A DNA stretch of 41,775 nucleotides from a virus (Duplodnaviria; Heunggongvirae; Uroviricota; Caudoviricetes), in IMG/VR virus record IMGVR_UViG_2675903658_000008, positions 1-41,775 of that record; one strand, given 5' to 3'. The stretch's first letter is position 1, and every line of letters begins with the position of its first letter. Of this stretch, positions 18,251 through 28,476 are shown piece by piece. The position numbers and the translations under genes are program-made. The notes beneath the pieces are model-generated. The model made no database searches and was not told the DNA's origin. It worked only from the letters and a program-made list of their open reading frames with translations.

Positions 18251-18765
18251 GCATAAGAGAACTAAACCTCACCAAAGAGCAGCACGAGTGGCTGAATGGC
18301 TGGCTTGAACTGTGGGGCGCATGGGTTTATTCAGGTCGTCTGGAAAAGCGCATGAGCAGCGTAATAGCGAAGTTCATGGAGAGCGTAGAGCCGGGAAGAG
18401 TTATGACAAGGCCAATGTGTAATGATGATGATGGAATGTTGATTTCTCAGGTCGTCGATTCCGTCATGTGCATTGACAAGAAAGCCTTTGGAATCCTCCT
18501 CAGCTACTACGCTCATGGTTCATCTAAGCGAGCAATTGCATCCTACTATCACGCGACTGCAAAGCCACGCAAGATGTGTGGACGTGGTGGCGAGGGATGG
18601 AGAAAACCTTCACTGGCAACCTGTAGAAACGAAATTGACGACATCCTGAAAGCGTCGTTATTTGTTTTGTACCAACCAATGCAAAATGCTTTCAAAATGC
18701 GTAAACGTGTTGAGAAAGTTAAGCATGTTGCTGTTAAAAGCCTTGACATGCAATTAGCCATTTAG
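18247..18765 (+). CDS. Late-gene antiterminator Q-like protein (non-lambda type)
   Basis: Position after nin genes before lysis cassette; N-terminal EWL..W..WG.W motif; immediately followed by promoter. Confidence 0.65.
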   Translation: MSIRELNLTKEQHEWLNGWLELWGAWVYSGRLEKRMSSVIAKFMESVEPGRVMTRPMCNDDDGMLISQVVDSVMCIDKKAFGILLSYYAHGSSKRAIASYYHATAKPRKMCGRGGEGWRKPSLATCRNEIDDILKASLFVLYQPMQNAFKMRKRVEKVKHVAVKSLDMQLAI

Positions 18766-18772
18766 CCATAAT
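18743..18772 (+). promoter_or_regulatory. Putative late promoter pR'
   Basis: TTGACA at 18743 and CATAAT at 18767 with 18-bp spacer, overlapping end of Q-like gene. Confidence 0.45.
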
Positions 18773-18828
18773 TAGAGGGTAAGCTGCCGTTAGTGACTCT
18801 TAAGTTGCAACGGTGGCTTTTTTTATTT

Positions 18829-18903
18829 GGGTCAGTCGTATAAAGGTCATTACGGAAGGCTGTTAACCTTCTTATCGTGGTTCGAGTCCACGCTGTCCCG
18901 CCA
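18829..18903 (+). tRNA. tRNA-like gene, anticodon GTT (Asn) by hand folding
   Basis: 75 nt; perfect 5-bp anticodon and T stems, TTCGAGT T-loop, CCA end; one mismatch each in acceptor and D stems. Confidence 0.5.
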
Positions 18904-18908
18904 AATAT

Positions 18909-18984
18909 GCTGGTTTAGCTCCAATGGTAGAGCAGTCGCCTTGTAAGCGAATGGGTAGCGGTTCAAGTCCGTTAACCAGCACCA
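18909..18984 (+). tRNA. tRNA-like gene, anticodon TGT (Thr) by hand folding
   Basis: 76 nt; perfect 7-bp acceptor stem, D-arm, TTCAAGT T-loop, CCA end; one G-A mismatch closing anticodon stem. Confidence 0.55.
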
Positions 18985-19071
18985 TAACTGAGCCGTAGCC
19001 ACTGGCTATCCTGAATTCATCAGTGATAGTTATGCTGCGGCCTTCTACACATGACCTTCGTGAAAGCGGGT

Positions 19072-19106
19072 GGCATGAGGTTGCGCTAACAACCTCATGC
19101 CGTTTT
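19072..19106 (+). terminator. tR'-like rho-independent terminator
   Basis: 11-bp stem GCATGAGGTTG/CAACCTCATGC with CGCTAA loop then CGTTTTG; matches recalled lambda 6S RNA terminator. Confidence 0.7.
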
Positions 19107-19226
19107 GCCCGTGCATATCGGTCACGAACAAATCTGATTACTAAACACAGTAGCCTGGATTTGTTCTATCAGTAATCGACCTTATTCCTAATTAAATAGA
19201 GCAAATCCCCTTATTGGGGGTAAGAC

Positions 19227-19550
19227 ATGAAGATGCCAGAAAAACATGACCTGTTAGCCGCCATTCTCGCGGCAAAGGAACAAGGCATCGGGGCAATCCT
19301 TGCGTTTGCAATGGCGTACCTTCGCGGCAGGTATAATGGCGGTGCGTTTACAAAAACAGTAATCGACGCAACGATGTGCGCCATTATCGCCTGGTTCATT
19401 CGTGACCTTCTCGACTTCGCCGGACTAAGTAGCAATCTCGCTTATATAACTAGCGTGTTCATCGGCTACATCGGTACTGACTCGATTGGTTCGCTTATCA
19501 AACGCTTCGCTGCTAAAAAAGCCGGAGTAGAAGATGGTGGAAATCAATAA
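19227..19550 (+). CDS. S: Holin, lambda S (dual-start MKM motif)
   Basis: 107-aa translation matches recalled lambda S. Confidence 0.95.
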   Translation: MKMPEKHDLLAAILAAKEQGIGAILAFAMAYLRGRYNGGAFTKTVIDATMCAIIAWFIRDLLDFAGLSSNLAYITSVFIGYIGTDSIGSLIKRFAAKKAGVEDGGNQ

Positions 19551-20010
19551 TCAACGTAAGGCGTTCCTCGATATGCTGGCGTGGTCAGAGGGAACTGATA
19601 ACGGACGTCAGAAAACCAGAAATCATGGTTATGACGTCATTGTAGGCGGAGAGCTATTCACTGATTACTCCGATCACCCTCGCAAACTTGTCACGCTAAA
19701 CCCCAAACTCAAATCAACAGCAGCCGGACGTTACCAGATTCTTTCCCGTTGGTGGGATGCCTATCGTAAGCAGCTTGGCCTGAAAGACTTCTCTCCGAAA
19801 AGCCAGGACGCCGTTGCGCTGCAGCAGATTAAGGAGCGTGGCGCTTTACCGATGATTGATCGCGGTGATATTCGTCAGGCAATCGACCGTTGCAGCAATA
19901 TCTGGGCTTCACTGCCGGGCGCTGGTTATGGTCAGTTCGAGCATAAGGCTGACAGCCTGATTGCAAAATTCAAAGAAGCTGGCGGAACGGTAAGAGAGAT
20001 TGAGGTATGA
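19534..20010 (+). CDS. R: Endolysin, lambda R lytic transglycosylase
   Basis: 158-aa translation matches recalled lambda R. Confidence 0.95.
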   Translation: MVEINNQRKAFLDMLAWSEGTDNGRQKTRNHGYDVIVGGELFTDYSDHPRKLVTLNPKLKSTAAGRYQILSRWWDAYRKQLGLKDFSPKSQDAVALQQIKERGALPMIDRGDIRQAIDRCSNIWASLPGAGYGQFEHKADSLIAKFKEAGGTVREIEV

Positions 20011-20474
20011 GCAGAGTAACCGCGATTATCTCCGCTCTGGTTATCTGCATCATCGTCTGCCTGTCATGGGCTGTTAATCATTACCGTGATAATGCCATCG
20101 CCTACAAAGAACAGCGTGATAAAAAAGTCAGTGAGCTGAAGCAGGCGACCGCCACCATTACTGACATTCAGCAGCGCCAGCGCGATGCTGATGCACTCGA
20201 TGCTAAATACACGAAGGAGTTAGCTGATGCGAAAGCTGAAAATGATGCTCTTCGGCGCAAGCTTGATAATGGTGGCAGGGTGCTCGTCAAAGGAAAATGC
20301 CCTGTGCCATCCTCAGACGAAACCTCCAGCGCCTCCGGCATGGGCAATGATGCCACCGTCGAACTCTCTCCAGTTGCTGGACGAAACGTTCTCGATATCC
20401 GGGACGGAATTATCCGCGACCAAACAGCACTGAGAACGCTTCAGGAATACATCAGGACGCAATGCCTTCGATGA
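20007..20474 (+). CDS. Rz: Inner-membrane spanin Rz
   Basis: N-terminal TM and coiled coil matching lambda Rz; C-terminal half divergent. Confidence 0.9.
   Translation: MSRVTAIISALVICIIVCLSWAVNHYRDNAIAYKEQRDKKVSELKQATATITDIQQRQRDADALDAKYTKELADAKAENDALRRKLDNGGRVLVKGKCPVPSSDETSSASGMGNDATVELSPVAGRNVLDIRDGIIRDQTALRTLQEYIRTQCLR
20227..20433 (+). CDS. Rz1: Outer-membrane lipoprotein spanin Rz1, embedded in Rz
   Basis: +1 frame [11 protein letters not shown]...VAGC lipobox, Pro-rich, as in lambda Rz1. Confidence 0.8.
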   Translation: MRKLKMMLFGASLIMVAGCSSKENALCHPQTKPPAPPAWAMMPPSNSLQLLDETFSISGTELSATKQH

Positions 20475-20647
20475 TAGCGATAATTTTACTCATCATCCTT
20501 CACATCTGGCTCTGTAGACAGGGTGGTGATCACTTCTGGAGTGAATCCAGATTAAATATCTCATTGCTGATGCTTGATATTGAGCATCTGGCGCGCGGTA
20601 AGGGGCTGCGTTGAGATAAGAGCCAGTCATCACAAACACCAGGATTT

Positions 20648-20673
20648 AGCCTCGCATTCGCGGGGCTTTTTTA
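20648..20673 (+). terminator. Terminator-like hairpin after lysis cassette
   Basis: AGCCTCGC-ATT-CGCGGGGCT followed by TTTTTTA. Confidence 0.5.
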
Positions 20674-20821
20674 CATCTGAATTTCACAGCGCATCTCACG
20701 CGCATATTACATCACCCGAGCCTTTCAGAAAGTTGAGCCTGAGAACTGCCGTATATGGTGGCGACCATCTCGGGGCGGCTTTTCTGTGAGACAGGCTCAC
20801 TTTCTAAAAGGTAAAGACGCT

Positions 20822-21340
20822 ATGAATCATCAATTGGCTAATCTCGATTTCCGGGACATGGTGGTTGTTTCTGGTGATCGCGTGATCACAACCTCCCGCA
20901 AGGTAGCAGCTTACTTCGACAAGCAGCATCACCACATCATTCAGAAAATCGAAAAGCTAGACTGTTCGGATGAATTTCTAACCAGCAACTTTTCGCGGGT
21001 TACCTATGAACACAAGGGTAATCAGTATGTTGAATATGAAATTTCCAAAGACGGCGCGATGTACATCATCATGTCGTTTACCGGCAAAAAAGCTGCCGCC
21101 ATCAAAGAGGCGTTTATCAAAGCATTTAATTGGATGCGTGACAGGCTGATGGAGATGGCTCACTCATACCAAAGAGAGCACAACGAGTTAATGCTGGAGT
21201 TCATGAAGGAAAAGGATGTTGCCAGTATGTCAGGACGCTTGCTGAACCGCTGGGGCAGGGTCAAAAAACCGCAACTCATAGCAAGAATCGAAAGGCTTGA
21301 GCAGCAGGCGCAAATATCGATCCCCGGACTGCCAAAGTGA
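20822..21340 (+). CDS. Rha-family phage regulatory protein
   Basis: N-terminal V.SGDRVITTSRKVA.YF.K.H..II.KI..L pattern typical of Rha; start trimmed to MNHQLANL. Confidence 0.65.
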   Translation: MNHQLANLDFRDMVVVSGDRVITTSRKVAAYFDKQHHHIIQKIEKLDCSDEFLTSNFSRVTYEHKGNQYVEYEISKDGAMYIIMSFTGKKAAAIKEAFIKAFNWMRDRLMEMAHSYQREHNELMLEFMKEKDVASMSGRLLNRWGRVKKPQLIARIERLEQQAQISIPGLPK

Positions 21341-21692
21341 CCATTCCAAAGCCCATCTACGGGTGGGCTTGATAATGAAACCGTGATTTACATCCCCACA
21401 ATCCGGGTATGTAAAAGATAGTTCAGGCGAGAACAGATTTAACTAAATCTGTGCACCACCAGTTGCGGCAGTACAGCGAAACAACCCAAGCCAGTAAGTG
21501 GGGAAATAACACTGGCAGCCACTGAAAGATGAACCTCCTGCCTTATGGCAAAAAAGATTCTTTGTAGTGGCGGACTGATGGAAAGACATCGGTTATTGCA
21601 GAGACCATTCAATGAGTGGTCTCGACAATGGCTTATACCCTACACGGGATAACTTAACTGATATCCCTTTTAACGGATAAACGGAGCCAACA

Positions 21693-21935
21693 ATGGCAGA
21701 GATTATTCCCATGACTGAAGAACAGAAATTCCAGTTAGAGATTTACAAGCTGGTCATGAACCAGAACGCAGCTGCAGAGGAAGCATTTCAGTTCATTGGC
21801 ACTGACGAACTGAAGCTTGAGCTATTTAAAATTCACTTCCAGTCAGGCGGCGCTAATTCGGATATCACGACCCGCACAATCGAAGCGGTGCGTAAATCGA
21901 AGGAAGCGTTAGACCTGTTCACTACCGGAGCATAA
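21693..21935 (+). CDS. Hypothetical protein upstream of terminase
   Basis: 80-aa ORF with GGAG RBS. Confidence 0.45.
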   Translation: MAEIIPMTEEQKFQLEIYKLVMNQNAAAEEAFQFIGTDELKLELFKIHFQSGGANSDITTRTIEAVRKSKEALDLFTTGA

Positions 21936-21937
21936 AC

Positions 21938-22378
21938 ATGGCGCGCCCAACAAAGTATCAAGAGGCGTATGCCGAACAGGCACGCAAACTGTGCTTGCTG
22001 GGCTACACCGATGCAGAACTTGCTGATTTCTTTGAAGTCAGTGAGTCAACTATTAACAAGTGGAAGCTTGATTATCCTAAGTTTTCGGAGTCCATAAAAA
22101 AGGGTAAGGCCGTCGCTGATGCAGAAGTTAGTGACCGTCTTTATCAACGCGCTATGGGCTTCGTGGCTCCAGACATCGATATTCGTGTTATTGAAAACAG
22201 AATTGTCGAAACTCCGCTTGAGAAGTATTACCCGCCTGATACAACAGCTGCCATCTTCTGGCTTAAGAACCGACAGAAGGATAAATGGCGCGACAAGGTT
22301 GATCACGAATTAACAGGCAAAGACGGCGGCGCAATCCAGATTGAAACATCACCGATGAGCACTCTATTCGGAAAATGA
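21938..22378 (+). CDS. Terminase small subunit
   Basis: N-terminal HTH-like segment; immediately upstream of and overlapping TerL. Confidence 0.7.
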   Translation: MARPTKYQEAYAEQARKLCLLGYTDAELADFFEVSESTINKWKLDYPKFSESIKKGKAVADAEVSDRLYQRAMGFVAPDIDIRVIENRIVETPLEKYYPPDTTAAIFWLKNRQKDKWRDKVDHELTGKDGGAIQIETSPMSTLFGK

Positions 22379-23790
22379 CCTCGATTAATCCTATCTTTGA
22401 ACCGTTCATTGAGGCGCATCGCTACAAAGTCGCCAAAGGCGGTCGAGGTAGCGGTAAATCATGGGCAATTGCGAGGCTGCTTGTTGAGGCGGCGCGTCGG
22501 CAGCCTGTGCGTATTCTCTGCGCTCGTGAACTGCAAAACAGTATCAGCGATTCGGTAATCCGGTTGCTTGAAGACACCATAGAGCGGGAAGGGTATTCGG
22601 CTGAGTTTGAAATTCAGCGTTCAATGATTCGTCATCTCGGAACGAATGCTGAATTCATGTTCTACGGCATAAAAAACAACCCGACGAAGATTAAATCGCT
22701 CGAAGGTATTGATATCTGCTGGGTGGAAGAAGCGGAAGCGGTAACAAAGGAATCATGGGACATCCTGATACCAACCATCCGCAAGCCGTTTTCCGAAATA
22801 TGGGTGAGCTTTAACCCGAAGAACATCCTCGACGATACCTATCAGCGATTCGTTGTAAATCCTCCCGATGATATTTGCCTGCTGACGGTGAACTACACCG
22901 ACAACCCGCATTTTCCTGAAGTTCTCCGTCTGGAGATGGAAGAGTGTAAACGCAGAAATCCGACACTGTATCGTCACATCTGGCTTGGTGAGCCGGTAAG
23001 CGCAAGTGATATGGCAATCATCAAACGTGAATGGCTTGAAGCTGCTACCGATGCGCACAAGAAACTCGGATGGAAAGCGAAAGGTGCGGTTGTCTCTGCG
23101 CACGACCCGTCAGATACAGGGCCAGATGCTAAAGGTTATGCATCGCGTCACGGTTCGGTAGTTAAGCGCATTGCCGAAGGTCTGCTGATGGACATCAACG
23201 AGGGTGCTGACTGGGCTACTTCGCTGGCGATTGAAGACGGCGCTGACCATTACCTGTGGGATGGTGATGGCGTCGGTGCGGGGCTACGCAGACAGACAAC
23301 GGAAGCGTTCTCCGGCAAGAAAATCACCGCCACGATGTTCAAGGGCAGCGAATCGCCATTCTATGAAGATGCACCATATCAGGCCGGAGCATGGGCCGAT
23401 GAAGTCGTACAGGGCGACAACGTTCGCACTATTGGTGATGTGTTCCGCAATAAGCGAGCGCAATTCTATTACGCGCTGGCTGACAGGCTGTATCTGACAT
23501 ATCGGGCGGTTGTCCACGGTGAGTATGCAGACCCCGACGACATGCTGAGCTTCGACAAAGAAGCGATAGGCGAGAAGATACTGGAGAAGCTGTTTGCAGA
23601 ACTGACGCAGATTCAGCGCAAATTCAATAACAACGGGAAGCTGGAGCTAATGACTAAGGTCGAAATGAAGCAGAAGCTCGGTATTCCATCTCCTAACCTT
23701 GCTGATGCGCTGATGATGTGTATGCATTGCCCGGAGTCGGCTGCGCAACCCGACTATTCCAGTTACTCAATTCCTTGTGGTGTAGGTTGA
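22375..23790 (+). CDS. Terminase large subunit
   Basis: Walker A KGGRGSGKS near N-terminus; 471 aa; nuclease-domain acidic residues. Confidence 0.9.
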   Translation: MTSINPIFEPFIEAHRYKVAKGGRGSGKSWAIARLLVEAARRQPVRILCARELQNSISDSVIRLLEDTIEREGYSAEFEIQRSMIRHLGTNAEFMFYGIKNNPTKIKSLEGIDICWVEEAEAVTKESWDILIPTIRKPFSEIWVSFNPKNILDDTYQRFVVNPPDDICLLTVNYTDNPHFPEVLRLEMEECKRRNPTLYRHIWLGEPVSASDMAIIKREWLEAATDAHKKLGWKAKGAVVSAHDPSDTGPDAKGYASRHGSVVKRIAEGLLMDINEGADWATSLAIEDGADHYLWDGDGVGAGLRRQTTEAFSGKKITATMFKGSESPFYEDAPYQAGAWADEVVQGDNVRTIGDVFRNKRAQFYYALADRLYLTYRAVVHGEYADPDDMLSFDKEAIGEKILEKLFAELTQIQRKFNNNGKLELMTKVEMKQKLGIPSPNLADALMMCMHCPESAAQPDYSSYSIPCGVG

Positions 23791-23791
23791 T

Positions 23792-25990
23792 ATGGCAGAA
23801 AAAAAGATGACTGACTGGCATCGCAAGGTGCTGTGCAACTTTGATAATGCCTGGTCGGCAACGCAGGATATGCGTGAGCAGATTATTGAGGCTCAACGTT
23901 TCGTCCGGGTGTCCGGCGCACAGTGGGAAGGCAGCACAAACGCTGGTTACTCATTTGATGAAGGCAGGTTTGAGCATTACCCGCGCTTTGAACTGAATAA
24001 GATTGCCCGTGAATGTGATCGCATCATTGGCGAGTATCGACAGAATCGCATCAGCGTTAAATTCAGGCCGAAGGACGATAAGGCGTCGGAAGCGTTAGCC
24101 GAAAAGATGAACGGCAAATTCCGCGCTGACTATCAGGAAACATCCGGTGGCGAAGCGTGTGATAACGCATTTGATGATGCTGTAACGGGTGGATTCGGTT
24201 GTTTCCGCATGTGTGCCGATTACGAAGATGAAATGGACCCAAGTAACGATCAGCGACGCATCAGCCTTCTTCCTGTTTACGACCCAGCGACATGCGTCTT
24301 CTTCGATCAGGACAGCAAGCAATATGACCGCTCTGATGCTATGTGGGCTATGGAAATGTTCTCCATGACGCCCAAAGCGTTCGAGGCTGAATACCCTGAT
24401 TCCATCGCGGCAAGCCTTTCTCGTGATGACACTGGCACTCAGTATGACTGGTCAACGCCCGATGCCATCTATGTTGGACGCTACTACGAAGTTCGCATAG
24501 AGAAGGTGAAGCTCACGGCGTGGCGCAACCCTGTTAGCGGAGAAACGGCAATCTATGATGAAGAGCAAATCAAAGATATTGTTGACGAGCTGACCGATGG
24601 CGCATTCGAACTGATTGGCGAGCGGACAGTGAAGAAACGCCGCGTTTATTGCGGCCTTCTGTCTGGCGCTGAATGGCTGGAAGAACCGAAGCGTATTCCG
24701 GGCGAACATATTCCTCTCATCCCGGTATATGGGCGTCGCTCATTTGTTGATAATCAGGAGCGAATCGAAGGCCACGCTGCAAAAGCGATGGATGCACAGC
24801 GTCTTGAGAACCTGATGGTTTCCATGATTGCAGATAACGCTACTCAGGCTGGCGGTGATGGCATTCCTATCGTGGATGTTGATTTCATTCCCGGTCCATT
24901 AATGAATCACTGGGCAGAGAGGAATAAGAAAAGACCAGCAGTTCTTCCCATGACCAGCAAGAAGGACAAAAACGGAACGGTCATTTCAGAGGCTCAGGTT
25001 GCTGGCTGGACGCCTCCGACACAAATGCCTCCAGCTCTTGCCGGGCTATTGCAGTACACCGGAACGGCTATTCAGCAAATTACAGGTGCTTCGCAGCTTG
25101 AGAACATGCCGAGCAACGTCGCCACCGATACCGTTGATAGCATTTTTAACCGGATGGACACGCAGTCCTATATCTACATGGACAACATGGCTAAATCCAT
25201 GCGTCGCGCTGGCGTTGTGTGGCTTTCTATGGCGCGTGAAGTCTATGGCAGCGATACGCCGATGCGTATCGTTAATGAGGACGGCAGCGATGACGTGGCG
25301 CTGATGACTGGTGAAGTGGTTGACCGTCAGACAGGGCAGGTTATCGCGCTTAACGACCTTTCGCAGGGTAACTATGAAGTGACTGTCGATGTCGGTCAGT
25401 CGTTCGCTACTCGCCGTGATGCAACGGTTAAGTCGTTACTTTCCATGCTGGCACTTATCCCGCCAGGAACGCCGAAGCATGACCTTGTATCGTCGATGAT
25501 TCTCGACAATATGGACGGCGAAGGGATGGACGACCTGAAAGAATACAACCGCAATCAGTTGCTTCTGTCTGGCGTTATCAAGCCGAGAACGCCTGAAGAA
25601 CAGCAAATGGTTGAGCAGGCGAAACAACAACAGGCCAGTCAGCCAGATCCGGCTATGGTTGCTGCGCAAGGTCAGCTTCTTGCTGGTCAGGCTGAATTGC
25701 AGAAAGCGCAGAACGAACAAGCAGCCATTCAGGTTAAAGCATTCCAGGCACAGACGGATGCTCAGGTTGCTGCGGCAAATGTTGTGAAAATCCTCGCATC
25801 TGCCGATAGCCAGCAAAAATCTGATATCCGTGAGGCGCTGAAACTGCTCGGACAGTTCCAGCAACAGCAAGGAGATAATGCCCGTGCTGATGCAGAGCTT
25901 GTCCTGAAGAGTCAGGCGCAGGGCCATGCGCAGCGCATGGACATCAACAGCATCCTGCAAAAATCAACTCAGCAACAACCACAGCAGTAA
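23792..25990 (+). CDS. Portal protein, P22 gp1-like
   Basis: 732 aa; multiple blocks matching recalled P22 portal (RRVY..GEHIPL, PEEQQ..QPDPAMV..QG.LL.GQAEL.KAQN, RMDI..ILQ). Confidence 0.9.
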   Translation: MAEKKMTDWHRKVLCNFDNAWSATQDMREQIIEAQRFVRVSGAQWEGSTNAGYSFDEGRFEHYPRFELNKIARECDRIIGEYRQNRISVKFRPKDDKASEALAEKMNGKFRADYQETSGGEACDNAFDDAVTGGFGCFRMCADYEDEMDPSNDQRRISLLPVYDPATCVFFDQDSKQYDRSDAMWAMEMFSMTPKAFEAEYPDSIAASLSRDDTGTQYDWSTPDAIYVGRYYEVRIEKVKLTAWRNPVSGETAIYDEEQIKDIVDELTDGAFELIGERTVKKRRVYCGLLSGAEWLEEPKRIPGEHIPLIPVYGRRSFVDNQERIEGHAAKAMDAQRLENLMVSMIADNATQAGGDGIPIVDVDFIPGPLMNHWAERNKKRPAVLPMTSKKDKNGTVISEAQVAGWTPPTQMPPALAGLLQYTGTAIQQITGASQLENMPSNVATDTVDSIFNRMDTQSYIYMDNMAKSMRRAGVVWLSMAREVYGSDTPMRIVNEDGSDDVALMTGEVVDRQTGQVIALNDLSQGNYEVTVDVGQSFATRRDATVKSLLSMLALIPPGTPKHDLVSSMILDNMDGEGMDDLKEYNRNQLLLSGVIKPRTPEEQQMVEQAKQQQASQPDPAMVAAQGQLLAGQAELQKAQNEQAAIQVKAFQAQTDAQVAAANVVKILASADSQQKSDIREALKLLGQFQQQQGDNARADAELVLKSQAQGHAQRMDINSILQKSTQQQPQQ

Positions 25991-26080
25991 TTAACCCATA
26001 ACGTGCAATGGCTGTCTTTATGAGGCCTGGCACCCTATTGCCTTCCGATGGGCTGAACATCGAGTAAACAGGGGTAAAAA

Positions 26081-26974
26081 ATGGACCAGATGGCAGAAAA
26101 CACACCAGAAGTTGAAATCGAAACCGACGCGTCAGAGCAGATTCCTGATGATGTCGAACTGGCTGAAGAAGTCGAAACAGCAGATGGCAGTGAGTCCTCA
26201 GGAAATGATGCAGAGGAAGCTACTGACACTGATGACGACGAATCAGAACAGGAATTCTACTTTGGTGACGAAAAGCTGGATTCGCCAACCAGCGAAGATG
26301 GAGCTGAGCATGGACTGGTAAAACACTTGCGCAAGACGATTAAAGAGAAAGACCGCGAGCTGAAAGAGCTGATGCGTCAGTCTCAGAAACCCGTCGAGCA
26401 GCAGCCGGTAATCACTCAACCACCGCGAATGCCAAAACTGGACGATGAGGACATCGGTTTCGATGAAGAAATCTACCAGCAACGCATGGCTAAGTGGGCA
26501 GAGGATAACGGCAAATACCAGGAGCAAGTACGAGAGCGGAAACGAGAGGAAGAGGCGCGTACCGCAACGCTTCAGCAGAAAGCAGCCAATTACATGCAGA
26601 GAGTAAAAGCACTGAAAGTGGCTGGCTACCAGGATGCAGAGCAGGCTGTACGCGAAGATGTTCCTGTTCATATTCAGGACATGATCCTTCTTGAGTCAGA
26701 GAAGCCGGAAATCGTTGTTCTGGCGCTCGGTCGCAACGCTGAACTGCGCAAGCAACTGGCAGAAGCTACCAACCCCGTAGCAATTGGTCGTCTGCTGGAA
26801 CGTATCGAATCGAAGGCCAGAATCATGCCAAAAGCAAAAACCACGGCAGCCACAACCCCGACAGTTAAGGGGAGCAACGGCGCAGTAATCAACAACCTCG
26901 ACAAATTGAAAGCCAAGGCGCTGGAAACTGGTGACTGGACGCCGTATTTCGCCGCTAAAAAGGCAAAAAAATAA
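26081..26974 (+). CDS. Scaffolding protein
   Basis: Acidic N-terminus, coiled-coil body, between portal and coat genes. Confidence 0.75.
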   Translation: MDQMAENTPEVEIETDASEQIPDDVELAEEVETADGSESSGNDAEEATDTDDDESEQEFYFGDEKLDSPTSEDGAEHGLVKHLRKTIKEKDRELKELMRQSQKPVEQQPVITQPPRMPKLDDEDIGFDEEIYQQRMAKWAEDNGKYQEQVRERKREEEARTATLQQKAANYMQRVKALKVAGYQDAEQAVREDVPVHIQDMILLESEKPEIVVLALGRNAELRKQLAEATNPVAIGRLLERIESKARIMPKAKTTAATTPTVKGSNGAVINNLDKLKAKALETGDWTPYFAAKKAKK

Positions 26975-26992
26975 CCTATCGGAGCATTAAGC

Positions 26993-28246
26993 ATGGCTAA
27001 CCAATTAGCAAAAGACCTTGAAATCATGTTCGAAAACTACGTTGAAGGCTTTGAGGCCGCCTGCGTAGTTTCCCGTAACGCTAAAAAATTCCGTCCCGGT
27101 GATACAGCAATGCAGCGAGCAGGTGATGTTCTGTATCGTCCGCAGCATTACCACATGAACATTGAGGAAGGCCTCGATCTCAGCAGCAAAACGCCTACAG
27201 CACTGGTTCAGCGCCTTGTTCCTTCTGTGTTCAAGGAGCCGAAAAACATTCTGTACACTCTGGATGCGCGTGAAATGCGTGACCCTGAGCATAAAACTGA
27301 AGCTGGTCGCGCCGCAGGTATGCGCCTTGCTGCACAGATTGACTCTGACCTGATTTCCATGGTTACGCAGCGTGCTACTAACGTGATCACAATGTCTGAC
27401 TCAACCACAGGTACACAGGGCCGTGATTTGTGGAACTGTGCGGCAGGTATTGATGCCACCATGACGGCGATTGGTGTACCGCAGGGTATCAACCGTCGCT
27501 CTTTCTGGAACCCCTTCAACTACAAAGACCTTGCTGGCGAGCTTGGTCACCGTGCCTACGCTCAGGGCGCAACCCTGACAGCATACGAAAAAGCGCAGAT
27601 CCCTCCGGTTGCTTCCTTTGATAGCTACAAGACCGATATTTCTGGTCGATTACCGAAAGGAAGCGCTGAATCCTTGACAGTATCAGGCCAACCTGAACAC
27701 AAGGTTGAAGCGAAAGATTCAAATGGTATGCCAGTTGATAACCGACAGGGGACTATTACGGTATCTGCATCTGGCTTGCAGGTTGGTGATGCGTTCACCA
27801 TTGCCGGTGTGAATTCCGTACACCAGATCACAAAAGATACCACCGGGCAACCGCAGGTATTCCGTGTTCTGGCTGTTAGCGGAACTACCGTAACAATCTC
27901 TCCAAAGATTCTCCCTGTTGAAAATACCGATGTTGCGAGTCGTCCATATGCAAACGTCGATGCCAAACCGGCAGAATCAGCAGCAATCACCATTCTCAAC
28001 AAGAACGCAGCACCTGCTAACCTGTTCTGGGCTGATGGTTCTGTTGAGCTGATGTACGGCAAACTAGCGTTCCCGACTGGTCAGGGTCCACAGGTAATGA
28101 CAGCAACCACCGAGCAGGGCGCTACGCTGATCATGTCTTACGCCTTCGACCACATCAAAGGCGTAACCACTGCTCGTTTCACCACTCTGTACGGTTGCTC
28201 TGTACTTGTTCCTGAATATACGGGCATCGTTATTGCCGGGCAGTAA
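26993..28246 (+). CDS. Major coat protein, P22 gp5-like
   Basis: 417 aa; position and C-terminal NLFWAD motif shared with recalled P22 coat (NVFWAD). Confidence 0.8.
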   Translation: MANQLAKDLEIMFENYVEGFEAACVVSRNAKKFRPGDTAMQRAGDVLYRPQHYHMNIEEGLDLSSKTPTALVQRLVPSVFKEPKNILYTLDAREMRDPEHKTEAGRAAGMRLAAQIDSDLISMVTQRATNVITMSDSTTGTQGRDLWNCAAGIDATMTAIGVPQGINRRSFWNPFNYKDLAGELGHRAYAQGATLTAYEKAQIPPVASFDSYKTDISGRLPKGSAESLTVSGQPEHKVEAKDSNGMPVDNRQGTITVSASGLQVGDAFTIAGVNSVHQITKDTTGQPQVFRVLAVSGTTVTISPKILPVENTDVASRPYANVDAKPAESAAITILNKNAAPANLFWADGSVELMYGKLAFPTGQGPQVMTATTEQGATLIMSYAFDHIKGVTTARFTTLYGCSVLVPEYTGIVIAGQ

Positions 28247-28250
28247 TTTT

Positions 28251-28278
28251 GGTGGGGCTTCGGCCCCATTTTTATTGG
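28251..28278 (+). terminator. Rho-independent terminator after coat gene
   Basis: GGGGCTTCGGCCCC hairpin followed by ATTTTTATT. Confidence 0.6.
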
Positions 28279-28287
28279 GAGAAGACA

Positions 28288-28476
28288 ATGGCACGAACAA
28301 TGCTCTATAAGCCTGGCAACATGATCACCTGTGGTCAGTTTGCTGTCGATTACATCATTGTTGATGACGAAGAAGTTAAATCTCACCTGAAAAAAGGTTG
28401 GGTAAAAACTCCTGAAGAAACCGCAACGAAGCAAAAAGTGGCTAAGGCGGAAGAAGATGGCGAAAACGAAGGGTGA
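28288..28476 (+). CDS. Small hypothetical protein
   Basis: ATG with GGGAGAAG RBS after coat terminator. Confidence 0.45.
   Translation: MARTMLYKPGNMITCGQFAVDYIIVDDEEVKSHLKKGWVKTPEETATKQKVAKAEEDGENEG

Noticed and set aside
18985-19070. Possible third tRNA after the two tRNA-like genes
   Set aside because: No T-arm, acceptor stem or CCA could be folded by hand.
18780-19226. Toxin or virulence cargo between Q and S, as in Stx phages
   Set aside because: The interval holds only the two tRNA-like genes, a terminator and lambda-like S leader; no additional ORF.
20574-20789. 71-aa plus-strand ORF between Rz and the Rha gene
   Set aside because: Spans a terminator hairpin, has no RBS and is Ser/His-rich; likely non-coding.
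25436-25960. 174-aa minus-strand ORF inside the portal gene, and similar antisense ORFs inside coat, ejection and tailspike genes
   Set aside because: Antisense shadow ORFs within strongly supported structural genes.
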